Assembly (NCBI GenBank): GCA_963778655.1
Contig: CAVZVA010000002.1
Location: 1-64,000 of the forward strand
Reading direction: 5' to 3'
DNA from: an uncultured delta proteobacterium
GTDB taxonomy: Bacteria; Myxococcota_A; Polyangia; Polyangiales; JAFGIB01
Length of the DNA: 64,000 bases
Part shown: positions 1 to 9,879 of the stretch, one piece after another
Numbering within the stretch: position 1 is the first letter of the stretch
Layout: each line of letters opens with the position of its first letter
Position numbers and translations under genes: made by a program
The notes under the pieces: model-generated
Databases searched by the model: none
Seen by the model: only the letters and a program-made list of their open reading frames with translations
What the model was told of the DNA's origin: nothing

Positions 1-146
1 AACTTCATGGAAACAGGTTGGTTGCGCGACGGCATGTCAGGCGCGTGTCCGGTCGCGCGCCGTTCATCCGCGACCGTCGATTTGCGGCGGCCGGGCGCAC
101 CAAAAGTGCTAGGGTGGGGCCGACGGGGAGAGCAGGCCCGATCACC

Positions 147-797
147 ATGCCGGATGGCGAACGGATTTCTCTCGCAGGCTCGACGCTCGACGACGTGCGC
201 CACGTCTGCGCCCTGTTCAACGACGATGACGAGGAGTACCGGGTGCTGCTGCCGTTCATCCGGCAGGGCTTCCGCTGCGGCGACAAAGGCATCCACCTCA
301 TCAACCACGATCAACGCGACGATCACTTGTCGCGCCTCGCGGCGGTTGGAATCGACACGGCGGCCGCTGAACGAACCGGTCAGCTCGACCTGCGGGTCAA
401 CAGCCGTACCTACCTCGTGGAGGGCCGCTTCGACCAGGACCGGATGTTGGGCGTCTTCCAGCAGATCGCCGGCAGCGCGGCGAACGACGGATTTCGTCGC
501 AATCGCATTGTCTGCCGTATGGACTGGGCCGCCGAGGCGGCGCTCGTCGACGACGTCATCGAGTTCGAAGCCCGCGTCAACGACGTCTGGCGCCATCACG
601 ACGACGCCGTCATCTGCACCTATCGCGCCTCACAGTTCCGCGGCGACGCGTTGATCGATATCGTGCGGACGCACCCAATGGTGATCGTCGGAGGTCTGCT
701 GCAGCGCAATCCGTTCTTCATCCCTCCGGAGCAGTTCCTCGCGCGGTTCCGCCAGCGGCGAGAAGCGCGACCGTCGCGCCCCGACCCGGAGGCGTGA
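147..797 (+). CDS. MEDS-domain sensory protein
   Basis: RHVCALF...LLPFIRQG...GDK...FEARVN...ICTY...HP MEDS pattern; ATG at 147 chosen within ORF 18..797; directly upstream of a histidine kinase. Confidence 0.8.
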   Translation: MPDGERISLAGSTLDDVRHVCALFNDDDEEYRVLLPFIRQGFRCGDKGIHLINHDQRDDHLSRLAAVGIDTAAAERTGQLDLRVNSRTYLVEGRFDQDRMLGVFQQIAGSAANDGFRRNRIVCRMDWAAEAALVDDVIEFEARVNDVWRHHDDAVICTYRASQFRGDALIDIVRTHPMVIVGGLLQRNPFFIPPEQFLARFRQRREARPSRPDPEA

Positions 798-798
798 G

Positions 799-3681
799 GT
801 GGACGGACCGACCGCGCCCTCGCCGGACGACCTCACGCGACTGCGCGGCTGCCTGAACGACCTCGTGAGCGTGGTGGGGCTGCCCGCGGTCTGGGCCGGC
901 GCCGAACCGCCGCAGATCCTTGCAACCCTGGCGGACGCGCTCTTCGGGATGCTCGGACTCGCTTTCCTGCTGGTCCGGAAGATCGAGCCGGATGGCGCGG
1001 CGCCGCTCGAAGCGCTGCGGGTCACTCCGCCGTTCCAAGGCGCAATGCGAGCCCAGGAGCTGATGGACGCGCTCGGGACGCCGGCCATCGGAGCTGCGCC
1101 CTGGTTGCCGAGCTCTGAGCTGCGCATCGGCGACGCCAGGATTCGGGTCGCGTCCGTTCCGCTCGGGGTCGTCGGCGAAAGCGGAGTGGTGGTCGCCGGT
1201 TCTGAACGGCCGGATTTTCCCGCCGACACCGAGGCTCTGCTGATCCAGGTTGCTGCCAATGAAGCGGCGATGGCACTGCAGCAGACCCGTGTCCTCGCTC
1301 TGCAGAAGCGACTCGCCGCCGATCTCGACGAACGTGTGAGGCAACGCACGAGTGAGCTTGCGACGGCCAACACGGTGTTGCAGAACGAGATCACCGAGCG
1401 CCGGCGGGCGGAAGTCGCGCTTCGCGAGCGCGATCGTGAGTCCCGTTTGATCATCGAGACCATTCCCGCGCTCGCCTGGACCGCCCGTCCCGACGGAACC
1501 GCCGAGTTCTTCAACCAACGCTATCTGGACTTCATCGGGCTCTCCGCGGAACGGGCGACCGGCTGGGGCTGGACGGCTGCCGTTCACCCGGAGGACCTGG
1601 ACGGCCTGACCGGCACGTGGCAGCGGATGATGCGCTCCGGACGGGCTGGAGCCGCCGAAGCGCGCCTGCGGAGATGGGATGGAGAGTACCGCTGGTTTCT
1701 CTTCCGTGCCAATCCGCTGCACGACGAGTCCGGGACGATTCTCAAGTGGTACGGCATCAATCTCGAGATCGAAGACAGCAAGCGAGCCACAGATGCCCTG
1801 GCGGTCCAGGAGCGCGAGCTTCGGCAACTGACCGAGACCATTCCGGAGATGTTGTGGAGCGCCACGGCCGACGGTGCGGTCGACTACTGCAACGCGCGCT
1901 TTCTCGAGTACACAGGCCTCTCCGCGCACGACGTCGCGGACGAGGGCTGGCGGAAGGCCATCCATCCTGACGATGCGGCACGGATCACCCCGATCTGGCG
2001 TGCCTGCATCGCCGACGGGACCGAATACCGGGTCGAGGTCAGGACGTTTCGGATCACGGATCGCCGCTACCGCTGGTGCGCCGTCACCGCGCTCCCCCTG
2101 CGGAACGAGGACGGGCGCATCCTGAAATGGCACGGCAGCGTCGCCGACATCCATGACTGGAAGCAGGCGCAGGAAGAGCTCCGGCACAGCGAGCGCGAGG
2201 CCCGGTTGATCGTCGACAGCATTCCGGCGCAGGTCGCCGTCTTGGGACCGACGGGCGACGTGAGGCAGATCAACCGCCGCATGGCGGAATTCTTTGGCGA
2301 CTCCGCGGCGGCGCTGAACGGCTGGAAGAGCGGCAACTTCGTCCCGCCGGATGAGATGCCGCAGGTGGTTGCCGCCATGGCTAAGGCGTTCAGCACCGGC
2401 ACCCCGTTCGAGATGGAGAACCATCTGCGCCGCTTCGATGGTGTGTATTGCTGGTTTCAGATTCGCGGCACGCCGCTCGCAGACTCGGACGGGCGCATCA
2501 TCCGGTGGTACTTCCTGATTACCGACATCGAAGGGCGAAAGCGGGCGGAAGACGCGCTCCGCCGCAGCGAAGCGCTGCTCGCAGACGCGCAGCGGATCAG
2601 TGCGACCGGCAGCTTCTCCTGGCGCCTCGACGCCGACGCGATCGCTTTTTCCGAGGAGCTCTATCGCATCTTCGAGTTCGACGCGCACCGAGAGATCACG
2701 CTCGAGCACATGCGCGCCCGCGTTCATCCCGATGACGGTCCGGTCCTCGACCAGTTGATTGCCCGTGCCCGAGGGAGCGCCGGAACGCTCGAGTGCGAAT
2801 TCCGCCTGCAGATGCCGGACGGCAGAATCAAGCACACCAGAACGCTCGGAAATGTGGTGCACCATCCGAATGCTCGCCAGGAGTGCGTCGGAGCGATACA
2901 GGACGTCACGCAGCGCCACCTGGCGGATCAGGCGCTCGACGAGGCGCGCTCGGAGCTCGCGCGTGTGACCCGGAGCATCAGCGTCGGCGCGTTGACGGCG
3001 TCGATCGCGCACGAGGTCAATCAGCCCCTGTCGGGGATCATCACCAACGCCGGCACGTGCGTCCGGCTGCTGACGGCCGACCCGCCGAACGTCAGCGGCG
3101 CGCTCGAAACGGCGCGCCGGACGATTCGCGACGGGAATCGGGCGGCCGATGTCGTCTCGCGCCTGCGAGCGCTCTTCAGCAACCGGGCCGTCACGTCCGA
3201 GATCCTGGATCTCAATGACGCCGTCCGCGAGGTGATTTCGCTGTTGTCGAACGATCTGCAGCGTTGCCGCGTCGTGCTCAAGACGCAGCTGGACGGCGAC
3301 GCCCTCCCCGTCACCGGGGACCGCGTGCAGCTCCAGCAGGTCATCTTGAACCTGATGCGCAACGCCTCCGACGCCATGAGCGGCGTCGAGGACCGACCCA
3401 GGCACCTGGTGATCCGGACGGAGCGCGACGAGCCGAACCGCGTGCGCTTGACGGTGCAGGACGTCGGCACCGGGCTCGACCCAGCCGCCGTCAATCGATT
3501 GTTCGACGCGTTCTACACCACGAAAAGCGACGGGATGGGAATCGGACTGTCCGTCAGCCGCTCCATCATCGAGCGGCACGGCGGCCGTCTGTGGGCGGCG
3601 CCGAACCAGGGACCGGGAGCGACGTTTGCGTTTTCCATCCCGTGCACGCCTGAAGACATCCAGGACGCCTTGCGGGCCTGA
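799..3681 (+). CDS. Multi-PAS sensor histidine kinase
   Basis: Repeated PAS/PAC units (VHPED, YRWFL); H-box ASIAHEVNQPL; N-box QQVILNLMRNA; G boxes DVGTG and GMGIGLS. Confidence 0.95.
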   Translation: MDGPTAPSPDDLTRLRGCLNDLVSVVGLPAVWAGAEPPQILATLADALFGMLGLAFLLVRKIEPDGAAPLEALRVTPPFQGAMRAQELMDALGTPAIGAAPWLPSSELRIGDARIRVASVPLGVVGESGVVVAGSERPDFPADTEALLIQVAANEAAMALQQTRVLALQKRLAADLDERVRQRTSELATANTVLQNEITERRRAEVALRERDRESRLIIETIPALAWTARPDGTAEFFNQRYLDFIGLSAERATGWGWTAAVHPEDLDGLTGTWQRMMRSGRAGAAEARLRRWDGEYRWFLFRANPLHDESGTILKWYGINLEIEDSKRATDALAVQERELRQLTETIPEMLWSATADGAVDYCNARFLEYTGLSAHDVADEGWRKAIHPDDAARITPIWRACIADGTEYRVEVRTFRITDRRYRWCAVTALPLRNEDGRILKWHGSVADIHDWKQAQEELRHSEREARLIVDSIPAQVAVLGPTGDVRQINRRMAEFFGDSAAALNGWKSGNFVPPDEMPQVVAAMAKAFSTGTPFEMENHLRRFDGVYCWFQIRGTPLADSDGRIIRWYFLITDIEGRKRAEDALRRSEALLADAQRISATGSFSWRLDADAIAFSEELYRIFEFDAHREITLEHMRARVHPDDGPVLDQLIARARGSAGTLECEFRLQMPDGRIKHTRTLGNVVHHPNARQECVGAIQDVTQRHLADQALDEARSELARVTRSISVGALTASIAHEVNQPLSGIITNAGTCVRLLTADPPNVSGALETARRTIRDGNRAADVVSRLRALFSNRAVTSEILDLNDAVREVISLLSNDLQRCRVVLKTQLDGDALPVTGDRVQLQQVILNLMRNASDAMSGVEDRPRHLVIRTERDEPNRVRLTVQDVGTGLDPAAVNRLFDAFYTTKSDGMGIGLSVSRSIIERHGGRLWAAPNQGPGATFAFSIPCTPEDIQDALRA

Positions 3682-3760
3682 CATCGCCGACGGTCGAGCG
3701 GGGGCGGGCGACAGCCGGTGCTGGCCGCGGGGCTCCTGGTCCGGCGCGGTCGTGCGACCC

Positions 3761-3776
3761 GATACCAAGGTCTGAT
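3761..3776. promoter_or_regulatory. Putative regulator box GATACCnnnGTCnnAT (copy 1)
   Basis: GATACCAAGGTCTGAT upstream of the response regulator genes; similar sequence at 6635-6650. Confidence 0.35.
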
Positions 3777-3842
3777 GGATCGCTTTCCGGGAAGCTGCCA
3801 GGCTCATGCAATGCAGAGTGTTGTCCCGCAACGAACCCCGCG

Positions 3843-4268
3843 ATGAACAGAAGGAACGCCGTGGACCACCGGCAGAACACCCGGCCGCTCGTGATTGTCG
3901 TCGACGACGATGAATCGGTCCGCGAGTCGCTGCCGGACCTCCTGCGGTATTGCGGCTTCGATACCGAGGCGTTCCCATCGGCCGAGGCCTTCCTCGACTC
4001 CGGTGCCGTCGCCCGAGCCGACTGTTTGCTCCTGGACGTCGGCCTGCCCGGGTTGAGCGGCCCGGATCTCCACCAGGAACTGTTGCGCCGCGGGCACCGC
4101 ATTCCGACCGTCTTCATCACGGCACAGGGCGACCAATCGCTCGGGCCGCGCCTCGTCGCTCGGGGAGCGGTCGCGTGTCTGTTCAAGCCGCTGAGGGACA
4201 CGGTTCTGCTCGACGCGCTCACGGCAGCGCTGGGAGGAGGCGATGATGTCGCCGGCACCAGACGGTAG
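3843..4268 (+). CDS. Single-domain response regulator (receiver)
   Basis: VVDDDESVR...LLLDV...FITA...KP receiver motifs; no output domain. Confidence 0.9.
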   Translation: MNRRNAVDHRQNTRPLVIVVDDDESVRESLPDLLRYCGFDTEAFPSAEAFLDSGAVARADCLLLDVGLPGLSGPDLHQELLRRGHRIPTVFITAQGDQSLGPRLVARGAVACLFKPLRDTVLLDALTAALGGGDDVAGTRR

Positions 4269-4926
4269 GATGGACCCCGTGAGCACGCCACACGCAGCGG
4301 CGACGGTCTTCGTCGTGGACGACGACGTCTCTGTGCGCGAGTCGCTCGAGTTGCTGATCGGCGCGGCTGGCTGGCAGGCGGTCACCTTCGACTCGGCACC
4401 GGACTTTCTCGCGCACCCCAGCCACGCCGGTGCCTGTTGTCTCATCCTCGACGTCTCGCTGCCCGGTCTCACCGGCCTCGAGCTCCAGGAGCAGATCCGC
4501 GAGCGCACGGACATGCCGATCATCTTCATCACCGGGCACGGTGACGTCCCGACGACGGTCCGCGCGATGAAGGCGGGGGCCGCAGAGTTCCTGACGAAGC
4601 CGTTCGACGACGACGTCCTCGTGGAGACGATTCGGCAGTGCGTGGAACGCAGCCGAGCCGTGTTGCACGAGCAGGCCGAGATGCGCATTCTGCGGGGACG
4701 CTACGACTCGCTGACGCCGCGCGAGCGCGAGGTGATGGCGCTGGTCGTCACCGGCTTGCTGAACAAGCAGGTCGGTGCCGAGCTCGGCATCAGCGAAATC
4801 ACGGTGAAGGCCCACCGCGGGCAATTGATGCGCAAGATGCAGGCGGATTCTCTTGCGACTCTGGTCACGATGGCCGCGAGGTTGAAGGTGCGGCCGGACC
4901 ACAGCGGTCGCGACGCGGAGCCATAG
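4243..4926 (+). CDS. FixJ/NodW-type response regulator (REC + LuxR HTH)
   Basis: VVDDDVSVR receiver; LTPREREVM...LNKQVG.ELGISEITVKAHRG LuxR HTH; true start may be the ATG at 4270. Confidence 0.92.
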   Translation: MMSPAPDGRMDPVSTPHAAATVFVVDDDVSVRESLELLIGAAGWQAVTFDSAPDFLAHPSHAGACCLILDVSLPGLTGLELQEQIRERTDMPIIFITGHGDVPTTVRAMKAGAAEFLTKPFDDDVLVETIRQCVERSRAVLHEQAEMRILRGRYDSLTPREREVMALVVTGLLNKQVGAELGISEITVKAHRGQLMRKMQADSLATLVTMAARLKVRPDHSGRDAEP

Positions 4927-6608
4927 TGGACGCCCGCGACTCAGCGCTGAGTCTTCTGGCGTCCACCGTCGTGGATCCGAGGCATGCCTTTCCGACCCTG
5001 ACGCCGGCACAGATCGCCAGGATGGAGGCTCGCGGACGCCGTCGTCAGACGGTGCGCGGTGAAGTGCTCTACGACGCGGGGGACCGGGGCATTCCGCTGT
5101 TCGTCGTCCTGTCCGGCGCGCTGCAGGTGGTGCGGCCCGAGCCGGGCGACACGCTGATCGCGACCCACGCGCCGCACCAGTTTTCCGGTGAATGCTCGGT
5201 GATCACGGGCCGCCAGTCGATCTTCCGCGCGCGGGTGTCCGATCCCGGCGAGGTAATCCAAATCGACCGGGAACCGCTGCTCGAGTTGGTGCAGACCGAT
5301 GCGGAACTGAGCGAGATCCTCCTGGGCGCGTTTCTGCAGCGCCGCCTCGGCCTCATCGCTGGCCATCTGGCTGATGTGGTCGTCGTCGGATCGACGCACG
5401 ACCCGGAGACGCTCCACGTGAGGGAGTTTCTGATCCGCAACGGACATCCCTTCCAATATTTGGACGTGGATCGCGATCCAGACGCGCAGGAGATGATCGA
5501 CCGATTCGACGCCCGCGCCGCCGGCATCCCGATCGTCGTCTGCCGCGGGCACGCGGTCCTCCATCGGCCGACGAACGCTCGGATTGCCGAATGTCTCGGG
5601 CTCAACGACGGACTCGATGCAACCCGTGTGGCTGACCTGGCGATTGTGGGCGCCGGGCCTGCCGGACTGGCCGCGGCGGTGTACGGAGCGTCGGAGGGCC
5701 TCAACGTTCTCGTGATTGAGTCGAACGTGCCCGGGGGTCAGGCAGGGTCGAGCTCCCGCATCGAGAACTACCTCGGTTTCCCGACGGGCATTTCCGGTCT
5801 CGAGCTGACGACCCGCGCGTATTCGCAGGCGTTGAAATTCGGGGCACAGGTGGTCGTCGCCTCACGCGCCACACGACTGACCTGCGACGACCGGCGCTAC
5901 GTCGTCGACATCGACGAGGGGCCACGGATCACGGCGCGCGCCGTGATTGTCGCGACCGGCGCGCACTACAGGAAGCCGCAGGTGGATGGTCTTTCTCTGT
6001 TCGAAGGCGCTGGCGTCTACTATGCCGCCACTTCGATGGAGGCACAGTTGTGTGCCGGCGACGAGGTGGCGGTCGTCGGTGGGGGCAATTCCGCGGGCCA
6101 GGCGGCGGTCTTCCTGGCGTCCACCGCCAGGCGCGTGCACATGCTGGTACGCGGGCCCGGGCTCGGTGCCACGATGTCGCGATATTTGAGCCGCCGCATC
6201 GAAGCGCACCCGGCGATTTGCCTTCGCACGCTGACGACGGTGATCGCCGTCGAAGGCGACGGCAGGCTCGAACGAATTCGATGGCGGGACGAACGAACCG
6301 GGCACGTCGAGACCATCGGCGCCAGTCATCTCTTCATCATGACCGGCGCTGCGCCGAACACCTCGTGGCTGAACGACTGCGTCCCCCTCGACCAGAAGGG
6401 GTTCGTGAAGACCGGCGCGGACCTCTCGGTGGAGGATCTCGCGGGCGCCAGGTGGCCGCTCGCGCGAGCACCGTATCTGCTCGAAACCAGCAGGCCCGGG
6501 ATTTTCGCTGTGGGCGACGTTCGCAGCGGCACCGTCAAGCGGGTGGCCTCCGCGGTGGGCGAAGGCTCGATTGCGGTCGCGTTCGCTCACCAGTTCCTGC
6601 AACAGTAG
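4926..6608 (+). CDS. cNMP-binding domain + thioredoxin-reductase-like FAD oxidoreductase
   Basis: N-terminal cNMP-like domain; GAGPAG, IENYLGFP, GGGNSAGQ, FAVGDVR motifs; GTG start overlaps upstream TAG. Confidence 0.9.
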   Translation: MDARDSALSLLASTVVDPRHAFPTLTPAQIARMEARGRRRQTVRGEVLYDAGDRGIPLFVVLSGALQVVRPEPGDTLIATHAPHQFSGECSVITGRQSIFRARVSDPGEVIQIDREPLLELVQTDAELSEILLGAFLQRRLGLIAGHLADVVVVGSTHDPETLHVREFLIRNGHPFQYLDVDRDPDAQEMIDRFDARAAGIPIVVCRGHAVLHRPTNARIAECLGLNDGLDATRVADLAIVGAGPAGLAAAVYGASEGLNVLVIESNVPGGQAGSSSRIENYLGFPTGISGLELTTRAYSQALKFGAQVVVASRATRLTCDDRRYVVDIDEGPRITARAVIVATGAHYRKPQVDGLSLFEGAGVYYAATSMEAQLCAGDEVAVVGGGNSAGQAAVFLASTARRVHMLVRGPGLGATMSRYLSRRIEAHPAICLRTLTTVIAVEGDGRLERIRWRDERTGHVETIGASHLFIMTGAAPNTSWLNDCVPLDQKGFVKTGADLSVEDLAGARWPLARAPYLLETSRPGIFAVGDVRSGTVKRVASAVGEGSIAVAFAHQFLQQ

Positions 6609-6634
6609 ACACCCGCGGTTCGATAGTAGACCGC

Positions 6635-6650
6635 GATACCTTCGTCCAAT
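6635..6650. promoter_or_regulatory. Putative regulator box GATACCnnnGTCnnAT (copy 2)
   Basis: GATACCTTCGTCCAAT upstream of the dps remnant. Confidence 0.35.
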
Positions 6651-6776
6651 AGGTCGGCAGGCGCTTCCCTGCTCTGATAGGCGCAGCGGGGCGGGCCGGC
6701 ACGGACTCCGCGGGGTAACGTCCGCGGGAGCCCGGCGCGGGCACCGGAGGGAGCGGGATATCCCGGAGCCGAGACC

Positions 6777-7000
6777 ATGACGACACGAGTGCTCGACGCC
6801 GACGCGGTGCTGAACCAGGCGCAGCCGGTGAGGTCCAGCCGTTCGGGCACCTCGCGAGGATGCCGATCGCGCTTTCGGAATAGGTGTGCGCGGCGACGGT
6901 CGACAACCTCAACCAGCTGCTCGCAGATACGATGACGCTTCGCGCCCTGTACAAGAAGCATCATTGGCAGCTGGCCGGCCCGGCGTTCCATCAACTCCAC
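6777..7000 (+). pseudogene. dps: Dps (DNA protection during starvation) 5' remnant
   Basis: LNQLLADTMTLRALYKKHHWQLAGPAFHQLH is Dps helix A/B; in-frame TAG at 6881; frame change near 6830; homology stops after QLH. Confidence 0.85.
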
Positions 7001-7678
7001 CCGGGCGCCAAGCAGGCGATGCCGGCGCGCGACGCCGTGGCCATGCTGAGCCCGCCCGCGAGCAGCGCGGCGCGGGGCAAGGTCGCGTTTCGCGCGCTCG
7101 AAGGCGGCGGGCTTCAGGTCACCGCCGACCTCGAGGGCCTACCGCCCGGCAAGCACGCCTTCCACGTGCATCTATACGGCGACTGCGGCGGCAATGCCGA
7201 GCAGACCGGCACGCACCTCAACTTCTCTGGCAGCTCGGAGCATCCGCCGGCGAACATCGCACGCATCACCGGCAACCTCGGTGACCTCGACGCGAACAAA
7301 CAGGGCGTTGCCCACTTCGAAGGTCAGGTGGCGGACGCCTCGTTGCAGGGCAAGTACTCGATCGTCGGCCGCTCGGTCGTCGTGCACGAAAAGCCCAATG
7401 ACCCCAAGTCCCCGCCCATGGGCGCGGCCGGCGGGCGCAGCGCCTGCGGTGTGATCGGCCTGGCCAAGAACGCGCCCGAAGCCCACGCACCAACCAGCGC
7501 GCGCGGCCCGGGTCACTCGCTGGTCACGGGGGGCGCGTTCGCCCTCCCGTTGCCAGCGGCGACCCCGGCGCGCCGAGCAAGCGCGAGCGCAGCGAGTCGT
7601 AGATCGGCGCGCTTCCCATCCACTGCGCCACCATCATCGCGGCGAAGCTGCCGGCCAACATCGGAAGCAGGCTGGTGA
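7001..7678 (+). pseudogene. sodC: Cu/Zn superoxide dismutase-family domain, N-terminus lost, in frame with the dps remnant
   Basis: GLPPGKHAFHVH, GTHLNF, SIVGRSVVVHEKPND, GGRSACGVIG motifs; no signal peptide; ORF runs into the ClC 3' end. Confidence 0.8.
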
Positions 7679-8906
7679 ACGCGGCGGTCATCTCGATCAC
7701 GAGCACGATGCCGGTAATTGGGGCACGCACCACGCCGACGAAGAAGGCAGCCATGCCGACCGCCGCAAACGACAACGGATCGATGTCGATCCCGGGGAAG
7801 GCGCGCGTGCGCCATGGTGCCGCACACGAGTCCCAGCTGCGCGCCCAGCAGCAGCAGCGGCGCGAACAGTCCTCCCGGGGTGAAGGCGGAATGCGAGACC
7901 GCACCGAGTGCGTAGCGCACCACGAAGTACGCCGGGATCGCAGCGACCGCGAGGTCCCCCGCCAGCAGCCGCATGGTCATGTCGGAGCCGCTCCCCACGA
8001 GCGCGGGCGAGATCCACGCCACGATGCCGACCGCGGCGCCGATCAAGGCAGCATGCCCTTCACCACGATGCGAACCGATCCGCTCCGCGGCGTCGGCGAT
8101 CGCGAGGATCAGCCGGTTGTACGTGGCCGCCGCGGCGCCCACGAACGCTCCGACCACGATGTCGATCGGCCAGGTGGCCGCCGCGGCGTAACGAAGCGAG
8201 CCGGTCCCGGATGGCGTGCCGAACGAGGTGGAAAAACGGGCGCGTCGCCAAGGATCAAACGCGAGACGACAATGGCGGCCGACGAGGCGCCGATCGCGGC
8301 GACGGCGGTACGGCGCTCGAAGCGCCGTTCCAGCTCCTCGAGCACGAACACCGCACCCGCGATCGGCGCGTTGAACGCCGCCGCCAGCCCGGCACCCGCA
8401 CCGGCCGCGATCAGCGCCCGCACGTCGCGCCACGGCCGCCGCAACGCATCGGCGAGGATGCGCGCGCCGGCCGCGCCCATCTGCACGCTCGGTCCCTCCG
8501 GGCCCAGGGCCAGCCCCGAGCCGATCGCGAAGACGCCGCCCGCGAACTTGACCACGATCAGGCGCGCGAGCGGCGCGAACGGTTTCTCGTGGACCAGCGC
8601 CGCTTCGACCTGGGGAATTCCGCTGCCGGACGCCAAGGGCGAGTAGCGACGCACCAGCCACGCCGCCGCGGTCACGCACGCGCACACGCCTCCCGCCACG
8701 AGCATTAGCCCGAGCGAGCCCGGCAGCGTGTGCGAGGCGGCGACGAGGCGGTCACGCCAGCGGTCGCGAGGCGCAGCGCGAGTCGGAACGAGCGACACTA
8801 CCAGGCCGGCCCACGCGCCGACGACCACGGCGGTCCCGGCGAGCCCGAGCACGCCGGCCCGTTCGTCGGCAGCATCGCGTTCGGGAATCGTCTTCCTCAC
8901 CTCCAT
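7524..8906 (-). pseudogene. clcA: ClC-family H+/Cl- transporter, frameshifted
   Basis: GSGIP, GPEGP, AAFNAPIAG, PGGLFAP and VRAPITG motifs spread over three frames; shifts near 8235 and 7805. Confidence 0.85.
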
Positions 8907-9113
8907 CGCGAGCGTGGTTTTACCTCGAGCACGCAGCGATCGCTGGCCGAGCGGAGATTTGAGCTCTGCGCTCCAACGCGTACGCCGAGCCACCCCGCAA
9001 GATCTGCTGGGGCATCACTACGTCTCCATTGGCCACGGATTGGCCACCGGCCGCCTCCATCTTCCGCGGAGCCTCAATAGTTCCGGGTGCTTGGAGTTCA
9101 GCTGGCGAGGGCT

Positions 9114-9791
9114 TCAGCCCGAAGCGGGGTCGCGCGCCTGGCTCACGCCTTGGGCCACCGGGGTGTGGTCCTTGTAGATGTAGCGGCCGCTGCCCTCGAC
9201 GAAGCGCTTGACCAGCGTGGGTACCTTCATCATCCACTCGTGGACCAGCGGCCGCGCCATCGCCTTGACCAGCCCGTCGCCGATGTCGGCCATCACGCCG
9301 TAGACCAGCAGCGACTTGTGCGCGCCGTGCGGGCGCAGCGCGTAGAAGCCCCAGGCGGCGCGGATGCTGCGCGGCCGGGACTCGTCCACGTGGAAGGTCA
9401 GACCGTGCTCGCGGCGGTCGATCTGCACCGAAAGGTAGTAGCTCGGCTGCACGATCGGCCCGCCGTGGCGCACGAACACGGTTCGGCTGTCGCCCGCTTC
9501 TCGCACCAGGCGCACCTCCGCCACCTGCGGCAGCATGCGCTTGTAGTGCTCGGTGTCGAGCAAAGCCTGCCACACCACGTCGGGCGGGGCGTCGATCACC
9601 TGCCAGCTGGTGCCGCCGATCAGGCGCAGCCCGCCGCGCTGGAGGGTGACGCGGCGCTCCACCCGCTGCTCGCGCTCCAGCCGCGCGAGCTCCGCACGCG
9701 TGAGCTGCGTGTCGCCCGCCACCGCGACGGCGGGACCCAGCATCGCAGCCGACCAGCAGGCCAGCGCGGTGATGACCGTGCGCATCCCCAT
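9114..9791 (-). CDS. SRPBCC (START/polyketide cyclase-like) family protein with signal peptide
   Basis: VIDAPPDVVWQALLD.EHY..MLPQV pattern; hydrophobic N-terminus. Confidence 0.75.
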   Translation of the reverse strand: MGMRTVITALACWSAAMLGPAVAVAGDTQLTRAELARLEREQRVERRVTLQRGGLRLIGGTSWQVIDAPPDVVWQALLDTEHYKRMLPQVAEVRLVREAGDSRTVFVRHGGPIVQPSYYLSVQIDRREHGLTFHVDESRPRSIRAAWGFYALRPHGAHKSLLVYGVMADIGDGLVKAMARPLVHEWMMKVPTLVKRFVEGSGRYIYKDHTPVAQGVSQARDPASG

Positions 9792-9879
9792 GGGTAGCTC
9801 GAAGTGTACCCCATATGCACAGGCGGAGGCACCCGGGGGGTTGGGAAGGCCGGTGCGGGCCCTGGGATGCGGGGGCGGG

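Noticed and set aside
718..3978. 1086-aa minus-strand ORF and similar long ORFs (28878-32390, 33931-36252, 51312-53567, 54767-56800)
   Set aside because: Shadow ORFs antisense to or overlapping well-supported genes, expected at high GC; no motifs
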